A stretch of DNA of 64,000 nt from Rotaria socialis. Taxonomy: Eukaryota. The position numbers and the translations under genes are program-made. Where the stretch lies: NCBI GenBank assembly GCA_905331295.1, contig CAJNYD010000054.1, positions 124,001 to 188,000 of the forward strand, given 5' to 3'. The notes below the pieces were generated by a model, which was not told where the DNA came from, ran no database searches, and worked only from the letters and a program-made list of their open reading frames with translations. Below, piece by piece: positions 27,397-44,928 of this stretch (position 1 is the first letter of the stretch; each line of letters begins with the position of its first letter).

Positions 27397-28827
27397 ATGT
27401 GGTCTTATTCATTTTCGCACTTGTCTAGAAGTGCAATGGAACAACTGACTGATGAGATAATGGGAACTTATTGAGCGCGTTTGGTCAAATGATGCGTTAT
27501 CATTTCCTGCTCGTTGGGATCTGTTTGAATGAAAAAAACGAAGAGGACATTGGCTAGTCCAATGTATATTCTCAGCTAAATTAGATTTTGCTTCTTCTAG
27601 TTAGCTTTTCATCGTCTGGTGAGTTATTTCCCAAAGCTGATTGTATTAGTAAGCAAGACGCAAATGAGAACAAGAAATAAGAAAGAGAAAAATTCCATTG
27701 CAAGAAACTCAATTCGATTAACTCGTTCCGCCTCCGTTTGCTGGACATATGTGTCAATCAAATGTAAATAAGAGCGGACACATACAGAACAAGAAAAAAG
27801 AGACAATTTAAAGATAGCTCTTGATTGCATCATAACAAACCGGAAAGGAGAAGAAAAAAAAAATTCAATTGCAAATGTATCAAACTACAATTTGGATCGG
27901 ACTACTGACGACGATAGGAAAAGAAAAAGGAACAGGAAAATATTTCTTTTTTTTTTCGTAATTTATTGTAAGAAAAAGAAAGTCGTTGATGATTGATTAG
28001 CCAATCATCCGATTATATTAAAGACAAACTTGTCAATCCTATGCTAATCCGATTTTCGAAACCGACTTGCTTTTCATATAGTTTGAACCAATGAGAAAAA
28101 AAATCATTTTTGCATTTACGAACAAAATGAATTATAAATGATTGTTAAAGTGAATGATTGAATTAATCATGAAATCTTGTCTTTAAATTAATTTAAATAA
28201 AAATATGTCAATATGATAGACAGAACATTTTCCCGACAGCATATGCGTTTTAGTTGGCCATGACAAACTCGTTTATTTCTCGGATTGAAATCATCAATAT
28301 TTAATAGAGATTTCATTTTTCAGTTATATTAATAACGTTGACATACGATCGATAAATTTTTATAGAGCATAGAGGAAAATGTAAAACAAATATTAATATT
28401 CAAGGTGAAATAAGACATTTCCTATTTATAGAAGTGTAGAAAAATAAAACGCTTGCATGTTTCTAATCGATCATTAGTTTAAATAAATGATCTATAATTC
28501 TTCTTAAACTCAAGATCATATATCAAAAAGAATCTAAAATCTTTCTAAAACCAAGAAAATGTAGTCAATCCTACGGAGTTTATTATATCTATTGAACATA
28601 CACACACACACACATACAAAAAGAACAGAAGATGATTGTTAAGCAGAGCCATCTGTTACAAGACAAGTCTGGTCTCTTTTCATTTGTTAACTCTGACAAG
28701 TAATTGGATGTATTCTCTATGTATGTGTCTTGTCTACTACTCTCCGGACATACATTTTCAGTTGGCTACAAACGATACCGACTTGCTCTTTTTTTTACCA
28801 ATTTACAAAACAAGAAATCAATTTTAG

Positions 28828-31262
28828 ATGACTGAAATACATTCGTTTGGCAATTTGCCTGTCATTGCACATTCATGGAATAAAGATCGAACACGTAGGT
28901 TTTCTTCTTCGAAACAAATTTTGTTATTGAGAAACACACGAAAGATATAAGCAATAGAAATATTATTTTTCCATTAAAATAGAAATTGCTTTGTCATTGG
29001 GAAAAAATGATCTCCGCATCTATCAAAAAGTAGCTGGTAAATGGAAATTAATTCATACATTATGCGAACATTTATCACGAGTATTAGCAATTGATTGGGC
29101 ACCGAAAACAAATCAAATTGTTTCAGCTAGCGCTGTAAATATAAAATGAAAAATAAAACATTTTCTTGTCGATTCTGTTGTTTTTCTATTAATAGGACTA
29201 TAATGCATATGTTTGGACATTGGAAAATGATGTTTGGAAGCCACAAATGGTAGAATTACAACGAACAAATCGAGCTGTCTGCTGTGCTAAATGGTCACCT
29301 GAAGGTTCGAATGAAAGAAAAAATAGAAGAAGAAAATTCATCATTTCTTGTTGATTTTTCTCGATTAGAAAATAAATTTGTTATTGGTGCAAGTGATAAA
29401 AATGTTGCTGTATGTTATTATGAAAAAGAACAACGATTTTGGGCAGCTGAAATGATTAAGAAAAGACCAAAATCAACTGTAACTGCTGTTGCTTGGCATC
29501 CAAATAATCAATTGATTGCTGTTGGTAGTTGTGATTATCGATGCCGGTTCGGAAATTCTATTTTTTATTAAATTTGAAAAAATAATCTGTTTTTTATTCT
29601 ATAGACTTTATTCAGCTTTTGTTAGAGTTGTTGATGGTCAACCACAAACATCAAATTGGGGTACAATTAAAAATACAGGAGAACTTCTGTATGAATTTCA
29701 ATCAGGTTTATTTAAAAGGAAATTTCTCGCGGTATTTCATTAAATAAATATAATTAAATTTAGAATCAGGCTGGCTTCATGATGTGGCCTTTTCGCCATT
29801 AGGTGACAATCTGGCATGGGTATCACATAATTCAATTATATTTGCTGTTTCAGCAGCTGATCCATCGCAGTAAGTTTGAATATTTATCGAAACGAAAATT
29901 TGAACTAGGTAATTTTCTTTGATTTAGAATTACGATGGAAGCAACAAATTATTTACCATTTCGTTGTATTCTTTTTATGAATGAATCAGCATTACTTGTT
30001 GGGGTATGTGTCGATAAGTCAAGAAAGTTACTTATTTTTTAATTTAAATTTTCAAGGGACATGAATTTTCTCCATTACTGTATAATTATGATCAGAAGCA
30101 AGGCAAAATTGAATTTATCGAAAAACTTGATCGACAAGAAACAGCAACTGGTCGACAATCTGTTGGGTTAGAATAGAATTTTTTTTCTTATTTAAATACT
30201 TTTACGAATATTCTCTTTTCTTTTTCTTATCGCGATTGATATAGTCAAGAAGATATGGATTTTTTTACACCATATCAAGCATCGTATGAAAAAGAATGAG
30301 TTTGCAGTGTTGAAAGCAGCATGATTTGAAGTGCACTTTTTTAGTTCGAAAATTTTGGAAAATAGCTTATGAATAGATTAATTCTATTCTTAATGAGTCG
30401 TATATTCATTGTTTAGGATTGAGGTTTTAGGTGTTCTCTAGCTCGTTACTACGATATTGCTTACAGGATGATGCAAAATAATGTTCTCGCCTCCCACATT
30501 GAAAAAGAAAGAATGCAATGTATACTAATTACGAAATATTATAAAAAGAATAATTACGAAATACGTCATTTTGATGTTTTACAGTGTACAGCTTCTAATT
30601 TTCCGCAATTTAATTCTACATTAAAACGCTTTATAGAGAATTGAACGGTTCATTCTTTCTCGAACGCCCAATATTATTTAACCTTTCAATTCATTTGTAT
30701 TTACATTATTTGAATCAGCCATTGTAATCGTCTGATATTTTCAATAAGATAAACCTTATTTTGAATATTCCTACTGGATTCACATATGAATTAATCTGAT
30801 TAGAACAGTATACAAGATTATCATCTATGACATTTAAAGCATGACATTCTATTCATGCAATTTGTTTTTTGTCATATTTTTCTCTGGAGTCTTGCTTGTA
30901 TTAAAATTGAGTTGTCAATTTCTGATGATTGATTCATGTCTTTGTCTTTTTTTCTCTATTTTATATAGGCGTCGGTTTGATCAACCAGTTATACAAACGC
31001 AAACGCCTGAGCCTGTTTCAACGCACCAGAGCATGATAACGTAAGCCTAACCTAGGAAATGCTTCCCTGCTCAGTACAATCATTTTCTTTTTTTGCAGTC
31101 AACTTGTTCCCTACCAAAAAGAGAATGGCAATCTAGTAAAAATAAGTTCTGCAGATTTATTCGGCCAAATAGTTATATGGAATTTGAGCGACAAGGTGAA
31201 TAGAACTATCTTACATTATTTATTTAGTTATGTTCTCTTTTATATAGAAAATGAAGCAATGA
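28828..31262 (+). CDS. ARPC1: Arp2/3 complex subunit 1 (WD40)
   Basis: [27 protein letters not shown]...[12 protein letters not shown]...AKWSPEENKF...[11 protein letters not shown]...[22 protein letters not shown]...LAWVSHNS...LPFR matches the ARPC1 family. About 12 exons. Confidence 0.95.
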
Positions 31263-31508
31263 TGAATGATCATTTCGCAAATCTATTTTTATTCTTCGCC
31301 TGATATAGTGTGCATTTTGGAATTCTATCGATTGTGCAATCGTGCTTGTGTATTTTTTTTATTCATTTACCATTTTATTCTTTCTGTAATTGTTCAGGTT
31401 TTTTAAGAAAAATTTGTTATACTCCGTTTGATTTTTTATTTATCTTATTAAAGTAATTTATCGATTAAAAACACAAAGATTTCTATTGCTCGTTCTTTTT
31501 TCAGAATA

Positions 31509-33655
31509 ATGACCACGGTAAATAGAACAAGCGTTTTGTCTGTTACATTAGACGAATTTTTATATTGATCTATAGAAAGAAATAGTTATTGAAGCCGGCC
31601 AAGAACTGCGTGGTGATGTAGATGAGACATTGACACTTGAAGTGAGTAAATGAATGTGTTTTTTTGTTTGTTTATTTTCTTAAATCACGTTTCTCATTCA
31701 TAGTTACGTTCAGGTAAAGCCGAAATATTCGGTACTGAACTAGCTATTGGTCATAAATATCAATTTACTTCTGGAATGAAATTTTCCATATTTACCTATT
31801 GGGGTTGTACAGTAAATGTAGGTTGAAATTATTTGAATTCTATCCAAATAATAGAATACTATCTAGATTGTTTCATCACACGATGATTACTATGTTGCAC
31901 GAGATGAAAATCCTATGCATATCTATTTAAATGTACATGGCATGTTGGAACAATTAAGACAAAAAGCTGACGCAGAAAAAACTCGTGGACCTCGTGTAAG
32001 AAACAAATTCGATTGAAAAAAGTTTGCAATTTTATTTTTTTCTTCGAATAGATAATGGTAGCCGGTTTACCTGATGTAGGTAAAAGTACATTATGTCGAA
32101 TGCTTGTGAATTGGGCAGCTCGACTAGGCCGAACGCCTATATTAGTTGATCTCGATGTTGGACAAAATCAAATATCCATTCCAGGAACCATTGGTAAAAA
32201 TTAATTTCAGAGTAATCTCATTTTACTTTTCTTTTTTGTTTCTATAGCGGCTATGGTTGTTCGTCGACCAGCGTCTGTTGATGAAGGCTTCCGAATTGAT
32301 ATGCCACTTGTTTTTCATTATGGTTATAAAACACCCGGTGAAAATATTGGTTTATATAATGAAATAGTCTCGTCGATGGCAATGTATGTTAATATTCGCT
32401 CTGAAAACGTCGAAAAATGTAAGAAAAAAGTTTTTTAAAATTACAATCACAGTCGAAATCTACTAACTATGTAACTCATGGTAGTTCTATCTTGAAATGA
32501 GAGCATCGCGTCTTGTTGTTGGAAAGAGAAAAACGAGATTCTCTTGGATTTTTTTTTTGTTATATAATTCAAATTATTAGAACGAATGTTGCTTGACTAT
32601 GTTAACAGAAGCCAAACGTCATCGAATACGTTTCCATAGTAACCACAGATGTGAATCAATCATGTTCATACTCCTACCACTCGTTGCGTTGTAAACAAAC
32701 ATGAAAAGATTGTATAAAGAATTGAATTCTTTGAAATTTTACTATGAAGAGGAAGAGCAAAGATTTACGATGCTAATAGTAAAGTAATGTTTTTAAAAGA
32801 ATCTTTATTTTAGCTCTCATCAGCGGTGTTGTTGTTAATACTTGTGGTTATATTCGTCAGGAAGGTTATGAATCTTTTAAGCATGTTGCTAAAGCATTCG
32901 ATGGTAAATTCATTTCATCTGAAGAAAAATTTCCTATTAAAAAATCTTCTTATAGTTGACATCATTATCGTTCTCGATAGTGAATGGTTAGCAACGAAAT
33001 TAATATCAGATTTGCCATCAGTGAAAGTCATCACATTACCGAAATCAGGCGGAGTAAATCAATTATTGAACAGAAAAACAGCAATCTCTACAATTTTCTT
33101 CTTATTAGGTTGTACCAAAAGATGCAGCTAAAGATAAATTTCGTGAAAATAAAATTCGAGAATATTTCTATGGGCCAAGAAATAATATTTGTCCACATGT
33201 GTTCACAATAGATTTTAATGATGTGAAAGTGTACAAAATCGGTGCACCACAAATACCTGATTCCTGTTTACCAGCTGGCATGATCTTAAAAAATCCATAC
33301 AATAAAATTATGCCGATTGCTCCAAGTAACGAACAAAAACAAAATCTATCATGAGAAAAATCTTAATATTGTTCGTTTTTTTTCCATAAAGGTCCCACAT
33401 TGGTGCATCACGTTTTGGCAGTGAGTAGTTCAAGTGATCCTGAACAATTATTAGCAAAGAATCTACTAGGCTTTGTTGTTGTGTAAGTTTTCTGATGAAA
33501 ATAGTTATAGAAATTTGATTATGGCTTCTCTCATTCTCTCTATTAGACAACATGTCGATCCAGATAAACGTTCATTGACACTTCTTTCACCACAACCTAA
33601 TGTGAAAAATAGACTTCTCATTATGTCCGATGTACTATTTGTTGATTTGAAATGA
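31509..33655 (+). CDS. CLP1: Polyribonucleotide 5'-hydroxyl kinase / cleavage factor Clp1
   Basis: Motifs [43 protein letters not shown] (Walker A), DLDVGQ, PLVFHYG, NTCG, LPKSGGVV, IREYFYG and LTLLSPQP. Confidence 0.96.
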
Positions 33656-34450
33656 TATCTTTATGTGTATAAAGCAATAAAAAACAAAAAAGATTGATGA
33701 TGACTCTACTTAACTTTATTCAAGAGCTTAAGAAATAAAATTACTTTTTTTTTGTCTGTTACAGATTTAAAAAGTATCAACGACATTTGCTTACTCTTAT
33801 CTCGATCTTCTATTTCTAATGCATTTTGCGTGCGTGTTGGCTATTAAATAGAAAACTATGTCTATTTGATCTACGCAGAGAATCATATTATCATCATGCA
33901 TTCTATTGGCTCTATTCACGCTACTTACTCGAAAGAAAGAGAAGAAAAGAAAAATCATGGTCGTCGTCGATCGCTCCTATGATTTGCTTGAACGTGGACA
34001 TAAAATCGAGCACAGACTCGCGGAGTAACAACAAGGCTAATAAATAGTTTTCAAGTGCGTAGTTTCTACAAAAGAACGTGCTGTTACGGTTTGTAATTAT
34101 GTTTGTTAAATAATTTATTCTATGCTACGATTTATTAAAAAAAAAAGAAGACGGTCCACATCTGACACTCATGCATTTTAATTTCCCTCTACATAAATAT
34201 ATTCGTCGATATTGTTTTTCTCTCTTTAGATGATATAATTTTTACTCTTGACAACTCTCGACCATTATTTGAGAGAAAAATATTTCAACGTAATTTTTTA
34301 TTTTTGTACATAAAATAAAGCATACAACTGGACTCTGCAAAATTAATTGATTTTACTTCCTCTTCGAGTGTTTCTAGCTCGCTAGAGGATCATGAATTCC
34401 CATCCGTATCCAATCAAACAAAAAACGATGGAACGAATTTAAAAGGCATT

Positions 34451-38165
<3,715 letters not shown>

Positions 38166-38794
38166 ATGCATATAGAGATAAAAGCTATTTATTTATTTAT
38201 TTTCAAAACAAAACAAGATCTTAGACAAAAGAAATGGATTCTAACCGTATTCAATTCGTGTCAAAACGAAATTCTCTTTTAATTTATTCTTCTTCTTAAT
38301 TTTTTTTGTTATTTCTTAATGATAATTGCTTATTGACGGAACTACGTGTCAAATATATATAATAATTTTAATTATTTAATTAAATAAAGAAATGTACAAA
38401 TAAATACTACGTAACACATCATTTCTCTGGTATTCAATCGCAAAACAAGCGACATTTTTAACGTGTACTATCAATATTATCTAAAGAACAAAGTTGTGTA
38501 TCTAACTTTTATGTCTTGTTAAAGATAAGAATATTTAATTCTCTTATTTATTTATTTCTACGTCGTTTTTCGACGAACCAAGAGCAACAGATACATCTTA
38601 TTTTCATTGCATTCTTTGTTGTCACAAGAGGATTCGTAAAACTACAGGCCTAATATAATAGTCTACACTAACTATGACGACATCTTTCCAATATTTTAAT
38701 TGATTTCAGCGTCTGACAAATCAAATCGTTCTTCATGTCTACCTACCATCTCACACGTGTATAATATTATTTTTAGATCAATAAAATAGTACAA

Positions 38795-40481
38795 ATGGCA
38801 TTGTATCAAAAGACGTAATGATCAAATAAATGTTTCTATACGAAAATTAAATCTTTCAATTTCATTTAAATAGCATCGAAAAATTTGAAGCAATACTTAA
38901 GTGTGATAGAATTAATTTGGAAGAACTTAAAACTCTTGCATTTAATGGTAATGAACCTTTCAAATGAAACAGTTTATATGAAATAATTATTTCTCTCTAG
39001 GTTGTCCAACTGATAATGGCATTCGTAGTTTAACATGGAAGGTAGACAAAAAGAAAACATCAAAAACTAAATTAAATTCAAATATTTCATAGATTTTACT
39101 TAATTACCTCTTCGTTGATCGAACAAAATGGACATCGTATTTATCTAAACAACGGTAGAATAATAAAAACAATAATTGATATGATTGCTTAATCAATAAA
39201 TTCTAGTGACCATTATCGTGGTTATATTCGAGAAACTATCATAAAACCTGGTCTAAAATCGACGTCTCACTCGGATATTGTTGATCATGTAAGTGATGAG
39301 ATGCGATAAATAGAATTGTTTTTACTGAATAATATTTTATTTAGCCTTTAAATTGTGCAGCTGATAGTTCATGGACAGCTTATTTTAAAGAAAATGAAGT
39401 TTTACTACAAATTGACAAAGATGTTCGGTGAGATTTGGAAATATAAAATCGAATGTTTCTCGAATAAAATTTTATTTTCAATAGACGACTTTGTCCTGAT
39501 CTATGTTTTTTCCAACGTAAAACCGATTATCCATGTGCTGAGATCATGAATCAAGAGGTTGGCTTCGAAAGCTTACGTAAACGCATTATATCAACATCAC
39601 TTAAAGTTGAGTCCCAGTCTCATTCACGTTTAACTGGCCGATTAGAATTTCAATCCAATAGATCCAAATGTCCAACAATCGACGATAATGAATATGAAGT
39701 ATTAGCGAATGGTTCTGAAGCACATTGGCAAGTTCTTGAAAGAATTTTGTTTGTTTTTTCACAACTCAATTCAGGACAAAGCTATGTACAAGGCATGAAT
39801 GAAATTATTGGACCCATCTATTATACATTTGCTACCGATCCTAATCTAGAGTGGAGAGGTAAACTAACAAAACTCAAGAAATCTTAAAACTATCGTTCCT
39901 ATTTTAGAACACGCTGAAGCCGATACATTTTATTGCTTTACAAATTTGATGATACATTTACGAGAAAATTTTATGAAAGTTTATGATAAATCAGAATTCG
40001 GTATTCTTGGGCGTATGCAAAAATTTTCAATGCTTTTGAAAGAACTCGACAAAGAAGTACATGAGTATTTCGAACAGGAAAATTTAAAACCTGAATTTTA
40101 TGCATTTCGTTGGTTGACATTGTTACTTTCACAAGAATTTCACCTGCCAGATGTTCTACGTATATGGGATTCATTATTTGTTGATCATGAAAAATATTTA
40201 GACTTTTTATTATATATCTGCTGTGCCATGGTTATGTATGTTGAGATTTTATTGAAAGATAATTTGAATAAAAAAATTGATTTTCTCATTTAGTCTACAA
40301 CGAGATCAACTTTTAAATGGTTCTCAAGCACAAAATATTAAACTATTACAAGTTTGTTTATAAAAATCAAAAATATTTCGTTTCGTCTTATGAGATTTTG
40401 TTTTAGCATTATCCACCAGATACGGATGTACATAAAATTCTCCAAAAAGCAGTTGAACTCCAACGTATTCATAAAGCGTGA
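38795..40481 (+). CDS. TBC1D13: TBC-domain Rab GAP, TBC1D13 family
   Basis: Motifs IRSLTWKILLNYL, DHPLN, QIDKDVRRLCPD (R finger), EAHWQVLERILF, YVQGMNEIIGPIYY (Q finger), EHAEADTFYCF and FRWLTLLLSQEF. Confidence 0.95.
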
Positions 40482-40742
40482 AGCATTTATTTTTATTGTT
40501 TTATCGAATAATACGACGTATAAATGCATCTGTTCAGATAATGATAAATTTCAAAATTCCATTTGGCTTAGTCTTCCTGTGTGCAATATGAAATTGTAAT
40601 TGAATAATTATTTTTATTTTGTAATTTGATCTTTTTGCTAATAAATAAGCAAGAAATTTGTCTCTAGTACATATAGTAAAAAGTAATTTGCTTCCATCTG
40701 AGATTTTAGATTTGTTAATATTCAGTCAATGAAATTTATAAA

Positions 40743-43700
40743 ATGACAACTACTAAAGAAGTAAGAGAGGAAAAGTTTAGTGCTGAATTTTTATTGAATA
40801 AATATTCTAGGAGGAAGATATATTTGAAATAGTTGATTATACAACTGCGTCTGATTGGGAACGGTAAATAAAAGAATTTGAAATTCTCATCAAAGTTACG
40901 TAGTGCATTTTATAGATTTATTGCAAGAATAGAAGAAATTCTTTCGGATTGGAAATTAAATGGCCCTGAAACATCAAATACTGAAGTCAGATCTTAGTTT
41001 TTGTTTTTGGAATAATAAAATGCTTTTCTGTGATAAAATTTTCTTAGGTCGATTTCACTGATGGTGAATGGATCGAGCGGAATGAAGCACTCGAATTCGG
41101 TGATCGTTCTTATACAATCAGTCATTTCTCGTTACAAGTACCTGAAAGTAATTCAACAGTAACAACAGACAATAATCCACAAATGACCACATCTGTATCC
41201 ATAGAAAAACAAGCATGTAAGAATGATCTACGTCAAGATTTTCTTTATTTGATGAATTATATTCAGTCGTTCCACCGCGAGCTATGGCCGATATGATGTC
41301 CAGACGAAATGATTTTCCATCGCGTTCTCCGTAAGTTCTGAAAGACGCTTTACTTTTCTGTCAAACTTCAATTTTAGATATTTATCTCATTGGTATGGTC
41401 TAAGAGAATTTCTTATTCTATCACCAAAACGTAATACCGATCCTATAGCTGATGAAAGTCGAGCTAATATATTACTTAGTTCAACGGCTATAGCTGTTTC
41501 AAATGTTGGATGGTAAGAACAAGAGAGATTTTTTTGTTGAAACAAATCAATATTTAATTGTAGTAATGTTCCTATATTTATTCGTGTTCAACATGAATGG
41601 CGTAATATGTTTATTGGTCTATGCGAAGGATCTGGTCTTCGTACACATTTTAATGTCTGCAATTTAAAAAATGCTCCACATCAATATCGACATCTAGCTG
41701 GTCTATTGGAAATATTTAAATCAAAATTAGTAAATAATATCTTTTTTTTATTTGTATGTAATTTTTACACTATCGTTCATAGGGTTCTCATATTCCAAAT
41801 GATATAGTCATAATGGTTGCTGTTCGATTTACGTATGTGTTAAGAGATTTCGAATCTACAGTAAGTCGACAAGTTCTACCAAGAGATGAAACAGGCATGC
41901 CGATCTTAACGAATCTTCCGTTTGGATCTATTCATGATCCAGTTAGGTAAAAAAGAACAGGATAAATAATCAAATATGTTAAAAGTCGTGTTTTTAGTGG
42001 TCTTCATCTGTCATGTACGTGGCCAATATTTTCTGAAGAAGTCGTCACTGAAAACGATGATTGCAATGATTTTGATCCATTACTTTCTCAACAATGGGCT
42101 ATTGGTGTTACTCTATTAGAAGAATTGCCTGTATTGCTAAGTGATGCTGTTCAAGAATATCTAAATTTATCGACAAAACGAGAAACGATCGAACAATTGT
42201 TAGGAAAATTTCAAACTGCTGATGGTAATTTTGATTTGAGAAGAGAGATACCATTTTGATGATTTTCAGGACATAGGAAAAAATCGAAACCGTTGCGTAA
42301 GATAAAAGCTTAATAAAGGAAAGAAAATAAGTACTCCGCTCAAGATGCTCGATTTAGAAAAAACGGTGGAGATTTATTTTTCAAATATTGTTGTTTTTCG
42401 TGTATAGAAATACCGAATGCTTCAATGAATATGTCTGATCCTATCAAACGAATATCCGATAGTCGTACACAACAATATTGGACATCTATTTCTTCTTCGA
42501 TTTCCAATACAACGAGTCGATTGCGAGTTAATATTTTCAATCCTCCATTACCACCCAACGTTGTTGAAAAAACGATAGAAGTAAGTTTTTGTAAAATATT
42601 CATTCTCTGTGTAATCGTTTATCGTTTTAGTATCTTTTCAATGAATCTGCAACAGTCGAAAGGCGACGATCGATTGTAAATGAATTACCTAATGTAAAAC
42701 TAGTTTTCTTTGTGAATTTGAATTTTTTTACTGATGATGTGTGTTTCAGGATACGGAACGAATTCGTCAATTAAAATCAGTGCCTAAAGATAGTTTTGTC
42801 TATCGTGTTGTTGTATGTTTTACTGCGATATGTAGTTTACCGTCTATCAATCGTTTACGGTCGATTGCTCATTTGTGGTTTGATATCGTGCAAGAACTTC
42901 GTACATGTTGGGAAACCGGGAAAATGATACCTGGGTAAATACAATTTTTTCACATTCTTAAATATCATTTTTTCAATCTTGATCCAATAAAATTTCTAGG
43001 TTAGAATCTGGTTCACCTAATTTATCGTTTTCAAAATTCTATCAAAATTTACAAATGCTCAATTGTTGCATCGAACATCGTGTACGTCATGAGAACGATT
43101 CAACAACAACAACTGTTGATAATCCAATCGAACCAGATGAGGATGGTGATCAATTTTTTGAATGTTCATCAAATATTTCATCATCAAAATCAAATTTAAC
43201 AGAATTACAACCTGAAGGTCGCCTTAAACCATGTGGTGATTTAAAATTACTTAATTCAAATGAAATTCTCTATGTGCCTGTGACTCAGGTACTTCAGAAA
43301 ACTCTGCAATTCTTCTATGTGAGAGATTCTTCTAATTATAGGAATGCCCACCAGCAACAGAAGATATGCTTGATGAACAAACAGCTATATTAACTAGTTT
43401 AGGTTCAGGTGAAGACGCTACCTTATTACGTGCAAAAATGCAAAGTCGATCACTTTTGTCCGATATGGAAAGTTTTAAAGTAAGCTACATAAACATTAAA
43501 ATCGAAACCATTACCGATAACGGTGTTGTATTTCAGGCAGCAAATCCACTAGGTACAATTGAGGACTTTGTACGATGGTATTCACCACGAGATTGGATTG
43601 AGACTGAAGAAGTTGATGCCGATGGAAATATTCAAAAACATTATTCACTTAGTCCTCGTATGCAACTGCCAGATAATCTATGGGTCGAAGTATGGCAACA

Positions 43701-44662
43701 AGCACGTCCCATACCCGTTCGTCGACAAAAACGATTATTTGATGATGGAAAAGAAGCAGAAAAAGTCCGATGAGAATAGTTTGTTGATATTCAAATAAAT
43801 ATTTCGTTTTTAATAGATTCTTCAAAAGTTATCATCTCTATCGCCGGGTGAAATTCTAGAACAATTGATTCCAGTACTGCTACATACCGTTTATGATCGT
43901 ATAGCTAAAGAGAGTACGCAAATTGTCTTTAATTCTATATGCGATTTCATTTTTCTGTCTCTATTTAGTTGAAGAAATGGAAGAATCGAATGCAATAGCG
44001 TTTTTAGAAACTCTCAATGCCAAAGAAGTGCTGATTGTCAAAGGAAGAGAAGAACGGAAAAAGAAATTGCAACAAGTATTTATTTAAAATAAAATAAACT
44101 ATGTAAATAGTTATATAATGAATCGGTTTAGGATTTCATTATATGTCTTACTTCTGTTGAACAATATATATGTCGATTTAAATCGTTTAAAGAAAAACTT
44201 TTCTCTCCAGATCTTAATCACAAAGAAAAAGTTTGTAGAACCTCTTTGTAAAATAATCAAAAAAAAATATGCGATCTATTTTGTCTAGGAAGAAATGATT
44301 AAAGTGGTAACAGAATTGCATACGCGTCCTGAAATTCCTGTCAAAGCTGCAGCACATGGTCGACTTGGAAAACGACTAGCATCATTATTTACGAAAACTA
44401 AACCAACAACAAATCAGGTTCGCCATAAAAACATTTTTTTCTTCGTTATTTTCATTATTTATATTCACAGGTTAACAATGATTCTACAGAAGTTAAAAAT
44501 CAATTTATGACTCCGGCCGGTAAAGAATATATACTTCGTGCTTCCATCGCTCGACCTTCGAACTTACGATCAAGGCAATCACCACAACGAATGTATTGTA
44601 TGTTGGCGCAAGATGAATTTCGACTATGTGGAGCGTTTTCCGAAGATACGACTTTTTTTTAA
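40743..44662 (+). CDS. RAB3GAP1: Rab3 GTPase-activating protein catalytic subunit
   Basis: N-terminal FEIVDYTTASDWERFIARIEE, WYGLREF, LQMLNCCIE, MQSRSLLSDMESFKAANP..EDFVRWYSPRDW, RRQKRLFDD and C-terminal RMYC...EFRLCGAFSEDT. Confidence 0.95.
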
Positions 44663-44928
44663 TATGCATTCACTTTCTTTTTTTTGTTCTTGCAATATAA
44701 TAACAGTCGATATATTCTCAATTTGTATAATCAGTATCTTTTTGAAAACAATAAATTTAACGTATCCAATGAAAATTTCATCATGAACGAATATATCTCG
44801 TCGAATCGGACTAATCCCTTTCTTGTTCTTGTGTTTACATGGACGTCCGCCATCGTCGTTACTGATATTCTATATAAGCATCGAATTATCCGAACTAGTC
44901 CATTATACTATCAACGTTTAGACACAAT

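Noticed and set aside
34122..34450. N-terminal coding extension of ATP2C1
   Set aside because: Candidate upstream exons do not join in a consistent phase, and ATG 34451 already aligns with the usual SPCA N-terminus.
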